Of a stretch of DNA of 64,000 bases, positions 1-10,413 are shown in pieces (position 1 is the first letter of the stretch; every line of letters begins with the position of its first letter). The DNA is taken from assembly GCA_963708295.1 (NCBI GenBank), contig CAVPSJ010000015.1:160001-224000 (forward strand), given 5' to 3'. The notes beneath the pieces were generated by a model. It was not told the origin of the DNA and did not search any database. It saw nothing but the letters and a program-made list of their open reading frames with translations. Made by a program: the position numbers and the translations under genes. The stretch is from an uncultured delta proteobacterium. Its GTDB lineage: Bacteria > Desulfobacterota > BSN033 > UBA1163.

Positions 1-381
1 GACGTTGGAAAATTGGGCAGGGTCCATTTTAGAAAAGGTTTCTATATCTACGTGGGATCAGCCATGGCCAATCTTTCTCAAAGGATGGCGAGACACCGTC
101 GTTTGAGGAAACATCACCATTGGCACATTGATGAATTGAGAGCCGTCGCCGAATTCCATTCGGTGCTGGCCATCCGTTCTTCAGATCGACTCGAGTGCGA
201 GCTGGCAGACGCCGTGTCCGGAATTGCCGGATGGTCCGTCCCCCGATTCGGTTCGACGGACTGTTCGTGCAAAACGCACCTTTTCGGGATGGCGAGCGAT
301 CCGATTCGATCCGAAGGTTTTCAAAAACTGCTTCAGTATTTCAGAATGGACCGACCCATCGCAGACATGCCTCCAATATAA
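1..381 (+). CDS. GIY-YIG/DUF123 (Uri-superfamily) nuclease domain protein, 5' partial
   Basis: GFYIYVGSA...RHRRLRKHHHWHID...ECELA...FGSTDCSCKTHLF is the DUF123 motif set; frame is open to the window start. Confidence 0.8.
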   Translation, partial: DVGKLGRVHFRKGFYIYVGSAMANLSQRMARHRRLRKHHHWHIDELRAVAEFHSVLAIRSSDRLECELADAVSGIAGWSVPRFGSTDCSCKTHLFGMASDPIRSEGFQKLLQYFRMDRPIADMPPI

Positions 382-394
382 CGAAAATTTCTGA

Positions 395-588
395 GGGTCC
401 TGTCAAGAGTTTTGTGTCAGCAAAAGAAATGGGGTAGCTGTTTTTTGTTTCATATTCTCGTAAGTAAAGACCGAATAGAGAATTCTTTCTATACTGGTTC
501 GATCACTAAAGGTTCCCATCGGTCGAGTTCTTCTGCGCACCTCCACGAATCGCCGTTCAATTTTCTGAGGCGCTGATTTCCCCAGCAC
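395..588 (-). mobile_element. IS256-family remnant (transposase C-terminus plus right inverted repeat)
   Basis: IERRFVEVRRRTRPMGTF...SIERILYSVF...TQNS* ends inside ACACAAAACTCTTGACAGGACCC, typical of IS256 right ends; rest of element absent. Confidence 0.75.
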
Positions 589-634
589 GCTGATTGTGGT
601 ATGATGAAAGGAACTGTTTCGAAAGGAGCTACCG

Positions 635-1153
635 ATGAGAGAACTATTTCAATTGCTGGCGGAGTATAACAAGCAGACAAACCAGGAAGTCCTGGGCATC
701 CTTGAAGGTCTACCTCAAGAACAGCTCTCTAAGGATCTTGGTTCTTATTACCGTTCGATACTCGGCATTATGAATCATATCCTGGTTACCGATGCGACGT
801 GGATCCGGCGGTTTGCAGACAATCTGCCAGAGCTAAATGCAGTGACACCGCAACTACCCACGTTTGAGCTGAAGACGTGGAAGGATATTGTTTGGAATAG
901 CCTAAGCACCTTTAAGCCGGTAAGAACCAGCGTCGATGAAGTCATCGGCCGAGTCTTTCGATCGGTACCCGAGGGCAAGTACAACCTTAAAATGAGGTAC
1001 CAGGATTATAAGGGTCAAGAACAACATAAAACTGTCTGGTACGCCTTTCTCCATTTCTTTAACCACCAAACCCATCATCGTGGCCAGGTGGCAGTCCTTC
1101 TTGACCAATTGTCTGTTGAAAACGATTTCTCCAACCTGATCTGGAAGTTCTGA
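635..1153 (+). CDS. DinB family protein
   Basis: LAEYN..TN, SILGIMNHILVTDATW, HFFNHQTHHRGQ metal-binding motifs. Confidence 0.9.
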   Translation: MRELFQLLAEYNKQTNQEVLGILEGLPQEQLSKDLGSYYRSILGIMNHILVTDATWIRRFADNLPELNAVTPQLPTFELKTWKDIVWNSLSTFKPVRTSVDEVIGRVFRSVPEGKYNLKMRYQDYKGQEQHKTVWYAFLHFFNHQTHHRGQVAVLLDQLSVENDFSNLIWKF

Positions 1154-1280
1154 AGTTGGCCGCGATAACCCGGTCAATCCTGACGCGCTTGTAGCAGCTA
1201 CTTTGCCAACGCCAGGGACGTAGGGTGAGGGCTCACCGTTTTCTCTTGCCAAAAACCTATTCTTTTGATAAAAGAAATCT

Positions 1281-1808
1281 ATGCCGGTGCAACAGAAGGA
1301 TTTGAAGAAAGCAATTAGAATAGGGATCAAAACTCTGATCCTCCAGGAGGTCAGACTTTTACGATTGGAACACGCTTTCACGCCCGCCTTCATCGTCGAT
1401 GAAATGTCCCATTCGATCCGGGAGACCAAGAGAGAAATCGTTAAGCTGGCAAAAACGATGGCTCAGAAGGAGAGGGCATCCCTTTTGAGAACAATGATCC
1501 GTCAAGCCGTTGACGAGGAAATTGACCAGGCCGTCGAATTTAGGAAGACCCGGTGCGTACGCTGCCTCCACGGGAGATTTTATGATGAGGCAGGGACGGC
1601 GCACGCGAGCTTACCCGTCAAAACGAAGGCAGAGATCGTGGGGTGCGATAAGCTTCGGCCAAGTCTCAAGAAAAGCTGCAGGAGATTTGTGGAGATATCG
1701 ACGGCTGCCTCGCTGGATCATTACCTCAACGAGATGACCCTTCTGTATGAATTCAGAGAGGGTATCGACCAGATCGAAGAGGTTTGGAAAGACTACTTTA
1801 CTAAATAA
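1281..1808 (+). CDS. hypothetical protein with Cys cluster (CxxCxxG...C...C)
   Basis: 175-aa ORF followed by a terminator; no family recognised. Confidence 0.6.
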   Translation: MPVQQKDLKKAIRIGIKTLILQEVRLLRLEHAFTPAFIVDEMSHSIRETKREIVKLAKTMAQKERASLLRTMIRQAVDEEIDQAVEFRKTRCVRCLHGRFYDEAGTAHASLPVKTKAEIVGCDKLRPSLKKSCRRFVEISTAASLDHYLNEMTLLYEFREGIDQIEEVWKDYFTK

Positions 1809-1893
1809 CGCAGAGCGCAAAGCGCTTAGCGCATCGCCCCTGAAGTCCTAAAGAACATATCCTCAATCAAATCCAGTACTCAAATTTTCACAA

Positions 1894-1930
1894 TAAAAAA
1901 GCCCTCTTCCCTTTGGAAAGAGAGCTTTTG
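1894..1930. terminator. bidirectional intrinsic terminator
   Basis: AAAAAAGCCCTCTTCC-CTTT-GGAAAGAGAGCTTTT between convergent genes. Confidence 0.7.
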
Positions 1931-1985
1931 AGATTGGGTCTTCTTATCAATTACCCTATGCGCTATGCTCTATGCGCTTTGCGTT

Positions 1986-4565
1986 TCAGGCGAGGGCTTC
2001 CGCCACCAGTTCCGTGATATCCATCACCTTCATTTTGCCCTTTTTCTCTTTCCGGAGTCTCGCTGCAGCGACCTGTAAGTTTGATTTGCAGGACGGACAG
2101 GCGGAAACAATGATGTCCGCTCCCATGCCGGAGGCCTGCTGGGCACGCTTATACGATATTTCCAGGCTCATCTCCGTGTCGAAGGCTTTCAGCCCGCCGC
2201 CGCCGCCGCAACATTTGGCAAGGTTTCTGTTCTGAGGAAATTCAATCAATTCCACCGACGGAATCGCCAGGAGCACATTTCGAGGCGGATCATAAATATT
2301 CATGTGCCGCCCGATGTCGCAGGGGTCGTGATAGGCCACTTTCATTTTGGCCCCATCCTTAAAAGTGAGCTGACCGTTCGTGATGAGCTTCTCCAGATAT
2401 TGCACCGTATGATACACCTGAATATGAGACGACCCATTATGTTTTGGGTAAAGATCCTTAAAGGTTCGGTAACACCCGGCGCAGGTGGTCACGATCTCCC
2501 TGAGGCCCATCCGCTTAAATTGACCGGTGTTCTTCTGGATGCTTCTCTCAAATTCTTTTTGATCCCCGACCAGATAAGAGAGATATCCGCAGCAATGCTC
2601 CTCATTGCCCAGTGCGGTATAGTCGATCTTCGCTTGATCCATGATTTTCAAGGTGCTCGGAATGACATGGATGTCCTGATAGGAAGCCACGCATCCGAAA
2701 AAGAGAAGGGTGGGCGCTTTTTCTTTCGGCTTAAACTGTGTGGGATAGATATCCCGCCTTTTTTCGATGGCCTCCCCGAAAGGGTTTCCTTTTTCTTCGA
2801 TCGATTCTGAGAGCGTCCGGTGAATTGCGGGAAGATAGCCTGCCTCCACCAGTCGTACGCGAGCGGCCTGGACAATGTCGGAAACCTTGACGCCCGCGGG
2901 GCAGACGGCATTGCAGTTCAGACACGTGGTACACTTATAAAATCTTTCCGCAAGTTCTTTCGAAGGTTTCAGTCTCCCGGTCAGGAGGTGATAGGCCAGG
3001 ATCACCCTTCCCCGCGCATTGATGGATTCGAGGGAAGTCTCCCCGTAGGTCGGACAGCCGGCCCGACAGAACCCGCACATGATGCAGGCCATGATCTCGT
3101 TGTCCAGTGGCTCCCCAAAGGTTTGAATCTCTTTGGGCCTTTCAAGGAGTGGCAGAAAGGCAAAGTTCTCATAGATGCCTTTGATCGAGTCATCGAACCC
3201 CATCTTTCCCGGATTGAGGACGTTGTTGGGGTCGAGGGCTTTCTTGATCTCTTGCATCACTTCGAGGGTTTTGCCCAGCTCCCGTCTAATATAAGGCGAT
3301 TTGGCCATTCCCGTTCCATGCTCTGCGGTGAGCGTTCCCCTGAGGCGCAGGGTCAGGTCAATCAGATCTTTGCACACTTCCTGGATTTTATCCCATTGTT
3401 CTTTCTTTCTGGGGTCGCAGATGATGATGGGATGGATATTCCCATCGCCGATATGACCGAAGGTATTGATGCCGATGTGGTGTTTCTCCGAGATTTTTTT
3501 GATTTCCGTGATCGCCTCGGGGATCTTGGTGATGGGGATTCCGGGATCGTCCATAATCGACTGCATCCTCGACCCTCTCTGGACTTTTGAGAGTGAAGCA
3601 ACAACCCCTTGCCGGGCGGCCCACATCTTAAGACGTTTCGCGGGATCATCCTCCCACTTATTTTCAATACCGTTATTGGCCTCACAAATCTTATTGATTT
3701 TTGCAATGTTTTCCTGGACGGCCTTTTTATTTCCATCGATTTCGATGAAGAGGAGGCATCCCACTTGATCGGGGATGTTGAGGGTCATGGCTTTGTTGAC
3801 CACGTCGATCGTCACTTTATCCAGAATCTCGCAGGAGGAGAGGGCAATGCCTGAGGTCAGGATCTCCCGAACGGCCTTTCCAGCCTCAAGGGTGGAGGGA
3901 AACCGCGCCTCTGCGAAGGCAACATATTCGGGAACAGGGAGGATTTTAAGAATGACCCTCGTGATAATCCCCAGCGTCCCTTCGGCCTGGGTGAAGAGCT
4001 GGGTCAGGTCGTATCCGGCGGACGTCTTGCCTAAGATCGAGCCCGTGTTGATCGTTCGACCGTCGGCCAGCACGACTTCCAACCCCAGGACATAATTCTT
4101 CGTTGTCCCGTACTTGAGCGCCCGATTTCCGCTGGCATTGGTCGAGACCATTCCTCCCAGGGAGGCAAGATTGGCGCTCCCGGGGTCCGGAGGGAAGAAA
4201 TGGGTGGGGGCAATGGCAGCATTGAGCTGGTTGCAGATGACGCCGGGTTCAACTACAACGTATCCGTTCTCTTTGTCTATCTCTAAAATATGATTCATCC
4301 TGCTCAGGTCGAGCAGAATGCCCCCCTTGGCAGCCAACGCGCTCCCGACCGCGCTTGTTCCCGATCCTCTTGGGGTGACAGGGATTTTCTGCTTGTTGGC
4401 CAGAGACATTATTTTTGAAACTTCTTCTGTGTCCTTGACGAAGACAACGGCATCCGGAACGGCCTCATGGACCGATAGATCCCTGGAGTAACAGAGTCGT
4501 TCGATTTCATCGGTTTTCACATTCTTCTCACCAACGATTCCAATCAATTCGTTGACATAGTTCAT
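1986..4565 (-). CDS. FAD-linked oxidoreductase (GlcD/D-lactate dehydrogenase type) fused to 4Fe-4S/CCG (GlcF-like) domains
   Basis: PRGSGT, FPPDPGS, GHIGDGNIHP, AEHGTG; CIMCGFC, CTTCLNC, two CCG motifs; ATG 4565 with GGAGG RBS. Confidence 0.9.
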   Translation of the reverse strand: MNYVNELIGIVGEKNVKTDEIERLCYSRDLSVHEAVPDAVVFVKDTEEVSKIMSLANKQKIPVTPRGSGTSAVGSALAAKGGILLDLSRMNHILEIDKENGYVVVEPGVICNQLNAAIAPTHFFPPDPGSANLASLGGMVSTNASGNRALKYGTTKNYVLGLEVVLADGRTINTGSILGKTSAGYDLTQLFTQAEGTLGIITRVILKILPVPEYVAFAEARFPSTLEAGKAVREILTSGIALSSCEILDKVTIDVVNKAMTLNIPDQVGCLLFIEIDGNKKAVQENIAKINKICEANNGIENKWEDDPAKRLKMWAARQGVVASLSKVQRGSRMQSIMDDPGIPITKIPEAITEIKKISEKHHIGINTFGHIGDGNIHPIIICDPRKKEQWDKIQEVCKDLIDLTLRLRGTLTAEHGTGMAKSPYIRRELGKTLEVMQEIKKALDPNNVLNPGKMGFDDSIKGIYENFAFLPLLERPKEIQTFGEPLDNEIMACIMCGFCRAGCPTYGETSLESINARGRVILAYHLLTGRLKPSKELAERFYKCTTCLNCNAVCPAGVKVSDIVQAARVRLVEAGYLPAIHRTLSESIEEKGNPFGEAIEKRRDIYPTQFKPKEKAPTLLFFGCVASYQDIHVIPSTLKIMDQAKIDYTALGNEEHCCGYLSYLVGDQKEFERSIQKNTGQFKRMGLREIVTTCAGCYRTFKDLYPKHNGSSHIQVYHTVQYLEKLITNGQLTFKDGAKMKVAYHDPCDIGRHMNIYDPPRNVLLAIPSVELIEFPQNRNLAKCCGGGGGLKAFDTEMSLEISYKRAQQASGMGADIIVSACPSCKSNLQVAAARLRKEKKGKMKVMDITELVAEALA

Positions 4566-4783
4566 GAGCCGTCCTCCATGATGCTGGGATAAATTTGACA
4601 ACATCTTATTGTAAAACAAACGTCCAGAATCTACACATGGATGTGTTCTTTTCGTTTGCTGAGATGAGATAGAATTTCCTGACAGAAGAAGTGAATTGGC
4701 CTCATTTTCTTGACGGAAGAAAGAGGAAGCTCCCAGCCACTCCGCCCCCGGGACGGGGCAGTCACGACGGGGCACTTGCCGGG

Positions 4784-6782
4784 TCACATGGACTGAACGA
4801 CCAGCTCGCACAGGTCATAGGCGGCCATCGTTTCTGTCTTCCCCTTCTCTTTGATCCCGTCAAAGAGCATGGTCAGACAATAAGGGCAGGCCGTCCCGAT
4901 GAACTCGGCCTGGGTCGCAATGGCCTGATCGGTCCGCATCTGATTGATCCTCGTCCCGATATGCTCCTCCATCCACATCCTTCCCCCGCCCGCCCCGCAG
5001 CAGAAGCTCTTCTTGTGATGCCGCTCCATCTCCACCAGCTTGAGCCCCGGGATGGCATGGAGTATCCTGCGGGGAGCCTCAAAGATCTGATTCGCCCTCC
5101 CCAGGTAACACGAATCGTGGTAGGTGATCACCTTGTCGATCGGTTTGGTCAGCTTCAGCTTTCCACTGGAGATCAGCGCTTCTATGAATGGGACGTGGTG
5201 AATGACTTCAAACTCGCCGCCAAAGGAGGGATACTCGTTTTTCAACGTATGGAAGCAGTGGGGACAAATCGTCAGGATCTTCTTCACACCGTGTCCTTTC
5301 AGGATTCCGATGTTTGCCTCCGCCGTGGTCTGAAACAGGTATTCGTTCCCGATTCTCCGGGCCGGGTCCCCGCAGCACCCTTCCTCATTGCCCAGGATTC
5401 CAAACCGGATGCCGCTCGCCTGAAGGATCTTGACCATCGCCGTGGCAACCTTCTGATTCCGGGCATCGAAGCTCCCCACACAGCCCACCCAGAACAGGAC
5501 CTCCGGGTTTTCCACTTCGGTAATGGTTTTCACTCCCAACCCCTGGGCCCACTCCGCACGTGTCCCCCGGGCCGCCCCCCAGGGGTTGTTGCTCTTCTCC
5601 AGGTTCTTTAACGTCAATCGAACCTCGGAGGAGTATTTGGTCTCGACCAGGACCAGGTAACGCCGAAGATCGATGTTGCGGATCACCTGCTCCACGTAGA
5701 CCGGACAGGCCTCTTCGCAGGCCATACAGGCCGTGCAGGCCCAGAGCTCGTCCTCTCCCACCGTGGCTTCCATGATCGCCTCCGGCTTGCGCTGATCCGG
5801 AGCCGTGGCCAGTAGTTTCGGCCCCTCCCGCCTCAGATGGTCTTTCAGGTTCTGAGTCATCCGTCTCGGAGAAAGGGGCTTGCCCGTGAGATGAGCCGGG
5901 CAGACATCCTGGCATCTCCCGCAGTTGGTACACCCCTCAAGGTCTAAGAGCTGTTTCCACGTCAGCTCCGGGATCTCCCGGACCCCAAAGGTTTCTGCCT
6001 CTTCAAAGTCAGGAATGGGTAGCAACACCCCCTTGGGCTTGAGGTTACGGAAGTAGACGTTGATGGGCGATAGGAAGAAGTGCTGAAGCGGGGTGCGGGT
6101 GATAAAGACATAGGCAAAGAATAAGAAGGCGGGAAGGGCATGGATCAGGACCCGGTGCCAGACCAGGAGCTCGTTCAGCGCATCGGTCGGAAGGATCAGA
6201 AAGAATCGGGACAGAGGGTAGCTCAAGGGAGCCCAACAGCTCCAGTCGGGAACCGCTCCGCCGATCACGGCAATCCGGTAACCCTTGATGAAGAAGCCGG
6301 TGATCAGAAGCACCACCCCCCAAAGATAGATCAACGTGTTGGTGGGTTTTGTCTCCAGGCGCGAGGGTTTGAGGATATACCTCCGGTAAACGGCCAGAAG
6401 CCCGCCAACAATCACCAGAATCCCCCCGATTTCTGAAACGAAGGAGGCGTACTCGAAGAGGACCTGCGGAGGAAGGGTCAGACCCACGGGGTATGAAAAG
6501 AGCCTCACGAATTTACCCAGAAAGATCAGAATGGCCCCCCAGAAGATCAAGAAGTGCATGGAACCCGGGTAGAGCTCCTTCCAGAACCGGACGTGGCCGA
6601 AGGTCACGGCCACAAGGGTCTTGATCCGGGTGGCCCCGCTGATCGGAGCGGTTCTGCGCTTTCCCCAGATGCCAGAGCCGGTAGTGCCGCCACCAGAAGG
6701 CCAGGGCCGAGAGCGCCAGAAGCCCGATGAAGAGAACGAGAAAACCGAGGATGATGGGCAAAAAGATTTTCAAAATGTACAC
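4784..6782 (-). CDS. membrane-bound Fe-S/CCG oxidoreductase (HdrF/FadF/EMO-like); frameshift near 6620
   Basis: N-terminal TM region with MHFLIFWG, CTNCGRCQDVCP, CTACMACEEACP, CCGDP and CCGAGGG; N-terminus lies in the other frame (ORF 6513..6818). Confidence 0.85.
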
Positions 6783-6845
6783 TTCTTGACTTGTCCAGAA
6801 ACGGGTTAGAGAATTCATTTTACCTTTCCCAGTCGTTCTTCAGAT

Positions 6846-7085
6846 GAATAGACATCCGATGAGGCCCACCCCCACCCCATGCACCACGTGGGATGCATGG
6901 CTGGTCCTGAACCTTACGTGGTGCAGGGCTTCCCCTCCCCCTGAAGGGGAGGGAAACCGTTGTGCTCCTTCCCCGAAGAGGAGGGAAATGCTTCTTCTCC
7001 TCCCCCTTCAAGGGGGAGGTGAGGAAGGGGATGGGGATTTGCCGCAGCAGTATCATTATGTCTTCTCAATGACGGCCTCATGATT
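6846..7085 (+). repeat. REP-like palindromic element, copy A
   Basis: GAATAGACATCCGAT..CCCACCCCCACCC..CCTCCCCCTGAAGGGGAGG..GGGGATGGGGATTTGCCG shared with copies at 7335, 9322 and 18935. Confidence 0.8.
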
Positions 7086-7305
7086 AAGTTAACAAACGAG
7101 GATAGAAGGTCACCAAATGGGCAACAAAAAAGACCAATGCCAAACAGCCCATGATCATAAAGACCCAGCAGAGAAATGTCTTGTATTTCTCTTCCACCCC
7201 AAAGTCGAAGGCGGTCAGTTTCACCCCAAGGAAGAGCGACCCGATCACCCCCATCAATACTATGATTTCTACAATCATCACCACTGGCCTTAATACGCTT
7301 CCCAT
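7084..7305 (-). CDS. small two-TM membrane protein
   Basis: 73-aa hydrophobic ORF with GAGG RBS, in operon orientation. Confidence 0.65.
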   Translation of the reverse strand: MGSVLRPVVMIVEIIVLMGVIGSLFLGVKLTAFDFGVEEKYKTFLCWVFMIMGCLALVFFVAHLVTFYPRLLT

Positions 7306-7334
7306 CGTCGGTTCCTCAAAATGAATCCATTTAT

Positions 7335-7495
7335 GCTAATGAGACCACAATTATAATTATAGCTCCGGCAAATCCCCATCCCCCTCCTAACCTCCCCCTT
7401 GAAGGGGGAGGAACATGACGATTTCCCTCCCCTTCAGGGGGAGGGAAGGGTGGGGGTGGGGTTAATCGGATGTCTATTCAAGTATGGACCGACTA
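7335..7495 (-). repeat. REP-like palindromic element, copy B (inverted)
   Basis: reverse complement of copy A/C flanks and two CTCCCCCT-AGGGGGAG hairpins. Confidence 0.8.
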
Positions 7496-7514
7496 GTAAC
7501 ATGTTCAAGTCTGA

Positions 7515-8030
7515 CTACTTCTTTCCAGCGTCCTGTCCCCCCTCACCCTTGCCCTCTGCCCCCTGGGGAAAGGGGAAAAATTGGAGTTCAGTCCTGCAGG
7601 AAGGGCATAGATTTAACTCCCAGGTGGATTCTTTGTGGGTAAAGATTTTAGCTTCCAATTTTCTTACCATGGACCGAGGAAATAGGGGGATCCCGCATCG
7701 AACACACGTGGAAAGGGTATCCTCAAAAATGACTTTGGTCTCCTTTCCTGGTTCATCCTCTTCTAATTCTCTGTCTATAAATTGAAGACAATGCTCCGGG
7801 CAGGATTTTTCGCACAAGCCGCAGGCGTTACAAGCCTCCTGCTGAAAGAGGATCTGATAGGAATCCTTTTCGTCGCTTGGGTGGATCACTAAAGCCTTTG
7901 TCGGACAGTCGATCGCACAGAGAGCACAACCCGTGCATTTTTCTCTGTCGATGAACAATTTCCCGGAATTCTTGGGCAGGAACCCCTTTAAGAATTCTCG
8001 CCGGCTCATCCTGTCTTTAGCTTGCAACAT
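7515..8030 (-). CDS. 4Fe-4S polyferredoxin (NapF-like, SRREFLK N-terminus)
   Basis: CTGCALCAIDCP, CNACGLCEKSCP, CxxC...CxxC. Confidence 0.85.
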   Translation of the reverse strand: MLQAKDRMSRREFLKGFLPKNSGKLFIDREKCTGCALCAIDCPTKALVIHPSDEKDSYQILFQQEACNACGLCEKSCPEHCLQFIDRELEEDEPGKETKVIFEDTLSTCVRCGIPLFPRSMVRKLEAKIFTHKESTWELNLCPSCRTELQFFPFPQGAEGKGEGGQDAGKK

Positions 8031-8071
8031 GTTCAAGTCTGGTTATTTTCCCTCTAATATGACGTTTCCCC

Positions 8072-9295
8072 TCACCCTTGCCCTCTCCCCGCTGGGGAGA
8101 GGGGGGAGGAAGGGGCCTCGGGTGCTTGCTGCGCACCTTCCGTGACTGGCAGCAGCTCCAGATTCTTTAGACCCACAAGAAATAACAGTCCCATCAGGGT
8201 AAAGATCCCGAGGGACATGAACGTCTCGATCGGAGTGATCGGAAAGGATCCTGCCATTCCCCAGATCCCCTCAATCTTCCCGGGATACAGAGGCAGGGGA
8301 TAGGCCGTCCCGGGGACTACCAATGAAAACCTCTCTCCAAAGATGCCGATCACTACCAAGAACGCAGCCCCCAGCACTCCCTTCAGGTTCTTAGAGTATT
8401 TCGGATGAAGGAGGATGATCAGGGGTAAGAGATAGGCGAACCCCACCTGCAGGACCCAGAAGATCCAGGAGTAGGGCCCCGTCAAAAGCCAAACCGTAGC
8501 GTCCCGGTGGGGGGAGTAAAGATGGGTCAGTTTATCCACCAGGACCATCACCGCCAGAATCACAATCAAGATCCGGAGCAATCGACTCAAGGAGAAGATG
8601 AGCTCCTGGTTGAGATTCCTTCTGGTAAATTTAAAGACCGCCACCACCGCGATCATCAGCAGGGCCAGCCCCGAGACCATGGCCGCCGTCAGAAATTCAA
8701 AGGGCTTGATGGGCGAAAAGAAGATCGGCCGGGTGGCAATGAAACCGAAGATGGCCCCTGTGCCCATATGAACCAGAGCCGCCCAGCCAATGGCAATCTT
8801 CCCCATCAGCTTGATGAATTTATGCTTCTCAGCAAAGATCGCCCCAAGGTAAATCACCCCGATCAGAAAGTACCCTCCGTAGAGAATCCCGTTGACCGCA
8901 AACATGGAGCGCATGTTGTTTAAGACGAAGAACATAAAGAGACGCCAGGATTTCTCAGGCCTTCCGAGATCTAACGCAATCCCGATCATGGCGCCAAAGA
9001 TAAGCACGATGGCCAGAAAGACCGCAAGCCTGGCGATGGGTCGATATTGTTCTTTCCCGAAGACATAGGTCAGGGAAGAAAGGATGAGAGAGCCCGCACT
9101 GAGCCCGATAAAGTAGATGGTGATCGTAATCGGCATGCCCCAGGGAATGATGCTGCTCGACCCAAGGACATGGTGGCCCGAGATGTAGCTCACCATAAAA
9201 CAGATAAACCCAATCGCAGAAAAAACCGCCAGCAGAACAAATAGAGTATAAAATTCTTTCGATTTACCCTCTATTTTCGAGAATGTTAATCCCAT
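8072..9295 (-). CDS. NrfD/PsrC family membrane anchor (quinone-interacting)
   Basis: PWG..I..YFIGLSAG, DLGRP, GIFGERF; about 10 TM helices. Confidence 0.9.
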   Translation of the reverse strand: MGLTFSKIEGKSKEFYTLFVLLAVFSAIGFICFMVSYISGHHVLGSSSIIPWGMPITITIYFIGLSAGSLILSSLTYVFGKEQYRPIARLAVFLAIVLIFGAMIGIALDLGRPEKSWRLFMFFVLNNMRSMFAVNGILYGGYFLIGVIYLGAIFAEKHKFIKLMGKIAIGWAALVHMGTGAIFGFIATRPIFFSPIKPFEFLTAAMVSGLALLMIAVVAVFKFTRRNLNQELIFSLSRLLRILIVILAVMVLVDKLTHLYSPHRDATVWLLTGPYSWIFWVLQVGFAYLLPLIILLHPKYSKNLKGVLGAAFLVVIGIFGERFSLVVPGTAYPLPLYPGKIEGIWGMAGSFPITPIETFMSLGIFTLMGLLFLVGLKNLELLPVTEGAQQAPEAPSSPLSPAGRGQG

Positions 9296-9321
9296 GTGAA
9301 CTCCCTCAATTCAAATCTTAT

Positions 9322-9722
9322 TAATCGGTCCATCATTCAATAGACATCCGATCAACCCCACCCCCACCCCCACCCCCACCCTTACCCTCCCCCTGAAGGG
9401 GAGGATAAGGCAGAGGCTGTGTCGCAATATGAAAATGCGGCTTTCGGGAAAGGGAGAGAGACGGTCGGGTGAAAAAGATTTAGAGCGGCAACCTTTAACC
9501 GTTTAAGATGCACGGGTTGCCAATCATATGAAGACATTCGATTTTGCACCAACGATGGTTCCCCATACTTAAAAAACCCGCGTTCTAAGGCTTTGGAACC
9601 CGACTGCCTCTCTCCCTCAGACGTTCCGTTGCGACACAGTCTCTCAAGGGGGAGGTGAGGGAGGGGATGGGGATTTCCGGGAGCAATATCATTATGCCTT
9701 TTCAATGATCGCCTCATGAGTA
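9322..9722 (+). repeat. REP-like element copy C, interrupted by a MITE
   Basis: same flanks as copy A with the MITE at 9413-9643. Confidence 0.75.
9413..9643 (+). mobile_element. MITE (IS5-like ends), copy 1
   Basis: TIRs GAGGCTGTGTCGCAA / TTGCGACACAGTCTC; diverged inverted copy at 19018-19247. Confidence 0.85.
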
Positions 9723-9726
9723 AGTC

Positions 9727-10413
9727 TCATTTCAGGAGGTAGTAGACTTTGGGTTTCGTATCCAGCTCCTCTCGAAGCCTGATCCATCCCCGTGAGGAGA
9801 GCAGCCGGGATACCTCAGAGCCCGTGTCGTCCAAGTCCCCAAATTTTCTGGCCTCCGCAGGGCATTCTTCCACACAGGCCGGAACCACCTCGGTCCCGAT
9901 CTTTTTGCCCTCCTTGAGCGCTTGATCGATCCGATGAAAACAGAACGTGCATTTCTCCACCACCCCGTGGGTCCGGGTCGGAAACGGCCACTGACCCCAA
10001 ACACTCCGATCCGGAGGCAGATCAGGACGATGATATTCCTTGTCCTCCTGCTCGATGCTGTTGAAGCTTCGCGCTCCATAAGGACAGGCAACGATACAGT
10101 ATTTGCACCCGATACAACGCCTGAAGTCCTGTACCACGATCCCGTCTTCCCGACGATACGTCGCCCTCGCCGGACAAACGGTGACGCACGGCGCATGCTC
10201 ACACTGCATACACGGCATCGAGATCAGCTCGGTATTGACCCGGGGGTATTTCCCCGTGGTCGCCGCGATCACCTTGTTCCAAAAGATGTCTCTTCTCATC
10301 TTCTGCTCTTCCGGCGACCCATACGGAACGTTGTTCTCCACCTTACAGGCCGTCGAACAGGCCTGGCAGCCCGTGCATTTGTCCAGATCGATCACCATTC
10401 CCCATCTTGCCAT
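9727..10413 (-). CDS. 4Fe-4S dicluster electron-transfer subunit (NrfC/PsrB/QrcC-like)
   Basis: RWGMVIDLDKCTGCQACSTAC, CMQCEHAPCVTVCP, CIGCKYCIVACPYG, EKCTFC. Confidence 0.92.
   Translation of the reverse strand: MARWGMVIDLDKCTGCQACSTACKVENNVPYGSPEEQKMRRDIFWNKVIAATTGKYPRVNTELISMPCMQCEHAPCVTVCPARATYRREDGIVVQDFRRCIGCKYCIVACPYGARSFNSIEQEDKEYHRPDLPPDRSVWGQWPFPTRTHGVVEKCTFCFHRIDQALKEGKKIGTEVVPACVEECPAEARKFGDLDDTGSEVSRLLSSRGWIRLREELDTKPKVYYLLK

Noticed and set aside
1153-1235. Possible attC site after the DinB gene
   Set aside because: No convincing paired R''/R' boxes and no integrase nearby.
4566-4811. N-terminal extension of the FAD oxidoreductase in the ORF track
   Set aside because: The RBS and domain start support ATG 4565; the extension overlaps the upstream gene end.
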